Positions 62,780-64,000 of a stretch of 64,000 nt of DNA are shown piece after piece. The stretch lies in assembly GCF_054482595.1 (NCBI RefSeq), contig NZ_CM137008.1. One strand, 5' to 3'. A program made the translations under genes and the position numbers. The notes below the pieces were generated by a model that saw only the letters and a list, made by a program, of their open reading frames with translations, ran no database searches and was not told the origin of the DNA. Positions within the stretch are counted from its first letter, which is position 1. Each line of letters starts with the position of its first letter.

Positions 62780-63752
62780 ATGGCACTTGCCATGGTGCAA
62801 AAAGTCATGTCGGAGAATGCCGAAAAAGAGCGGGAATTACTGGAGAAAAGCCGGCGCATCCAGCTTCTGGACGAAATGCTGAAACTGGTTCGTCAACAGC
62901 GCTTCGGTAAAAATGTGAGACGCTGGCTGGTATGCAACGCTCCCTGTTCGAAGAGGATGTTGATGCCGATATCGCCGCGCTCACCGCACATCTGGATAAA
63001 CTGCTCCCGCAATCCCCTGAAGAAGACGAAAAAGCGCCCCGTTCATGCCCGATACGCAAACCCTTACCGGTCCATCTTCCACGGGTGGAAAAAATTATCC
63101 AGCCGGACACTGACCATTGCCCTGAATGTGACGAGCTGCTGCACTATATCCGTGATGCGGTGAGTGAAAAGCTGGAGTATATTCCCGCTCACTTCGTGGT
63201 GAACCGTTATGTCCGTCCGCAATACAGTTGTCCCTGTTGCCTGAAGGTGTTTAGCGGTGAAATGCCGGCACATATCCTCCCGAAAAGTGCCGTTGAGCCG
63301 TCAGTCATCGCACAGGTGATCATCAATAAATACAGTGACCACCAGCCTCTGTATCGCCAGCAACAGATCTTTGCCCGTTCAGATGTCGGGCTGCCCGTCA
63401 GTTCGATGGCTGATATGGTTGGCGCGTCGGGAGCCACATTATCCCCCCTGGCGGCGTTACTCCATCGCGAGTTGATAAGCCGTCAGGTGGTGCATGCAGA
63501 TGAGACTACCCTGAAGATCCTGAACACGAAGAAAGGCGGTAAATCCTGCTCCTGTTATCTGTGGGCATACGTCAGTGGAGAAAGGACAGGACCGTCAGTT
63601 GTGTGTTTCGACTGCCGGACCGGACGTAGCCATGAGTATCCTGAAAACTGGCTTCAGAGCTGGGTCGGGACACTGGTTGTTGACGGACATAAAGCTTACC
63701 GGACTCTGGCAAACAAAGTGCCGGAGATCACGCTGGCCGGATGCTGGGCCCA
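62780..63752 (+). pseudogene. IS66 tnpC, frameshifted (~62905) and truncated
   Basis: ..LVRQQRFGKN shifts frame to MQRSLFEEDVDADIAAL...CPECDELLHYI...YSDHQPLYRQQQIF...VHADETTLKIL. It ends at LAGCWAH. Confidence 0.7.
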
Positions 63753-63849
63753 TGTCAGTCATGCCAGTGAAACTGGTGATGTAGTTCATGTCGATCAGTA
63801 GAGTGTTGGCACGCAGCAATACGCTGTCGTGGCTTGTTGTGGCCAACAT
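63753..63849 (-). pseudogene. alpA-like regulator, 5' 32 codons only
   Basis: MLATTSHDSVLLRANTLLIDMNYITSFTGMTD parallels MVDMAFITQLTGLTDKWFYKL of the alpA at 25126-25335. The rest is replaced by IS66 sequence. Confidence 0.6.
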
Positions 63850-64000
63850 GGTCAGAATGTCCTCTGTGAGATTTATGAAGGTTGTGCGAATGCGGGGGAA
63901 TCTGCTGAACGGTGCTTTCAGAGCTGGCCTGCTACGGGATACCCGGGATTACCTGCGAGGTAATGGGCTTCCGGATCGCACACCTCACGACGATCGCAGG

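Larger units (their letters stand above)
62020..63752 (+). mobile_element. Second, different IS66-family element, degenerate and 3'-truncated
   Basis: orfA, orfB and tnpC appear in order on the plus strand. The left end is tentatively GTTACGGGG at 62020. tnpC stops being tnpC at ..LAGCWAH (63752), where alpA' begins on the other strand. Confidence 0.65.

Noticed and set aside
62126-63163. 345-aa ORF read as a single protein
   Set aside because: It is a read-through. It first runs out of frame across IS66 orfA, then through orfB and the first part of tnpC. It is an artefact of a missing orfB stop and the tnpC frameshift, not one gene.

Overview
This is Escherichia coli-type chromosomal DNA. 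The call rests on near-identity, from memory, to K-12 proteins YghD, CitD/E, AcnB, AgaR and IS2 InsC/D.

nt 1-8739 hold the distal part of a T2SS-beta operon (gspD' E F G H I J K L M, where gspM = K-12 yghD), with overlapping start and stop codons throughout.

nt 8846-8909 hold the native pheV terminator plus a 22-nt copy of the tRNA-Phe 3' end. This is the distal att repeat of a pheV-inserted genomic island. Everything from about 8910 to the window end is island or mosaic DNA; the intact pheV and the integrase lie outside the window.

Island content, in order:
1. A CP4-44-like minus-strand module: GTPase, antigen 43 with its 3-GATC switch, DUF905, DUF932, antirestriction, RadC-like, DUF987, an extra 214-aa gene, the CbeA/CbtA toxin-antitoxin pair, DUF5983, DUF957 and DUF4942.
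2. Visibly AT-rich orphan cassettes (a DUF2971-like protein, a truncated GNAT, a coiled-coil membrane protein) separated by a recurring GTCCGCT..AGCGGAC hairpin repeat.
3. Decayed DNA containing an AlpA gene with a C10 tract, an RHH-fusion gene split by IS2 (5-bp duplication GGCGT), a 13-bp-phased TGTA array, three YagK/YfjJ (inovirus Gp2-like) paralogues and paired Zn-ribbon genes.
4. An ISL3 element, then a GntR regulator, a LigI-like lactonase and an MFS carrier joined head-to-tail to citCDEFXG and a full-length acnB paralogue.
5. A split IS66 element bracketing core-chromosome-like garD'-agaR-kbaZ'/'kbaY-malXY-like-glycosidase-rsmI'.
6. A LysR/transporter/M20-hydrolase islet, then a second degenerate IS66 abutting a truncated alpA.

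I found no rRNA, intact tRNA, CRISPR array, cas gene or reverse transcriptase. All similarity statements come from memory and motif reading, not from searches.
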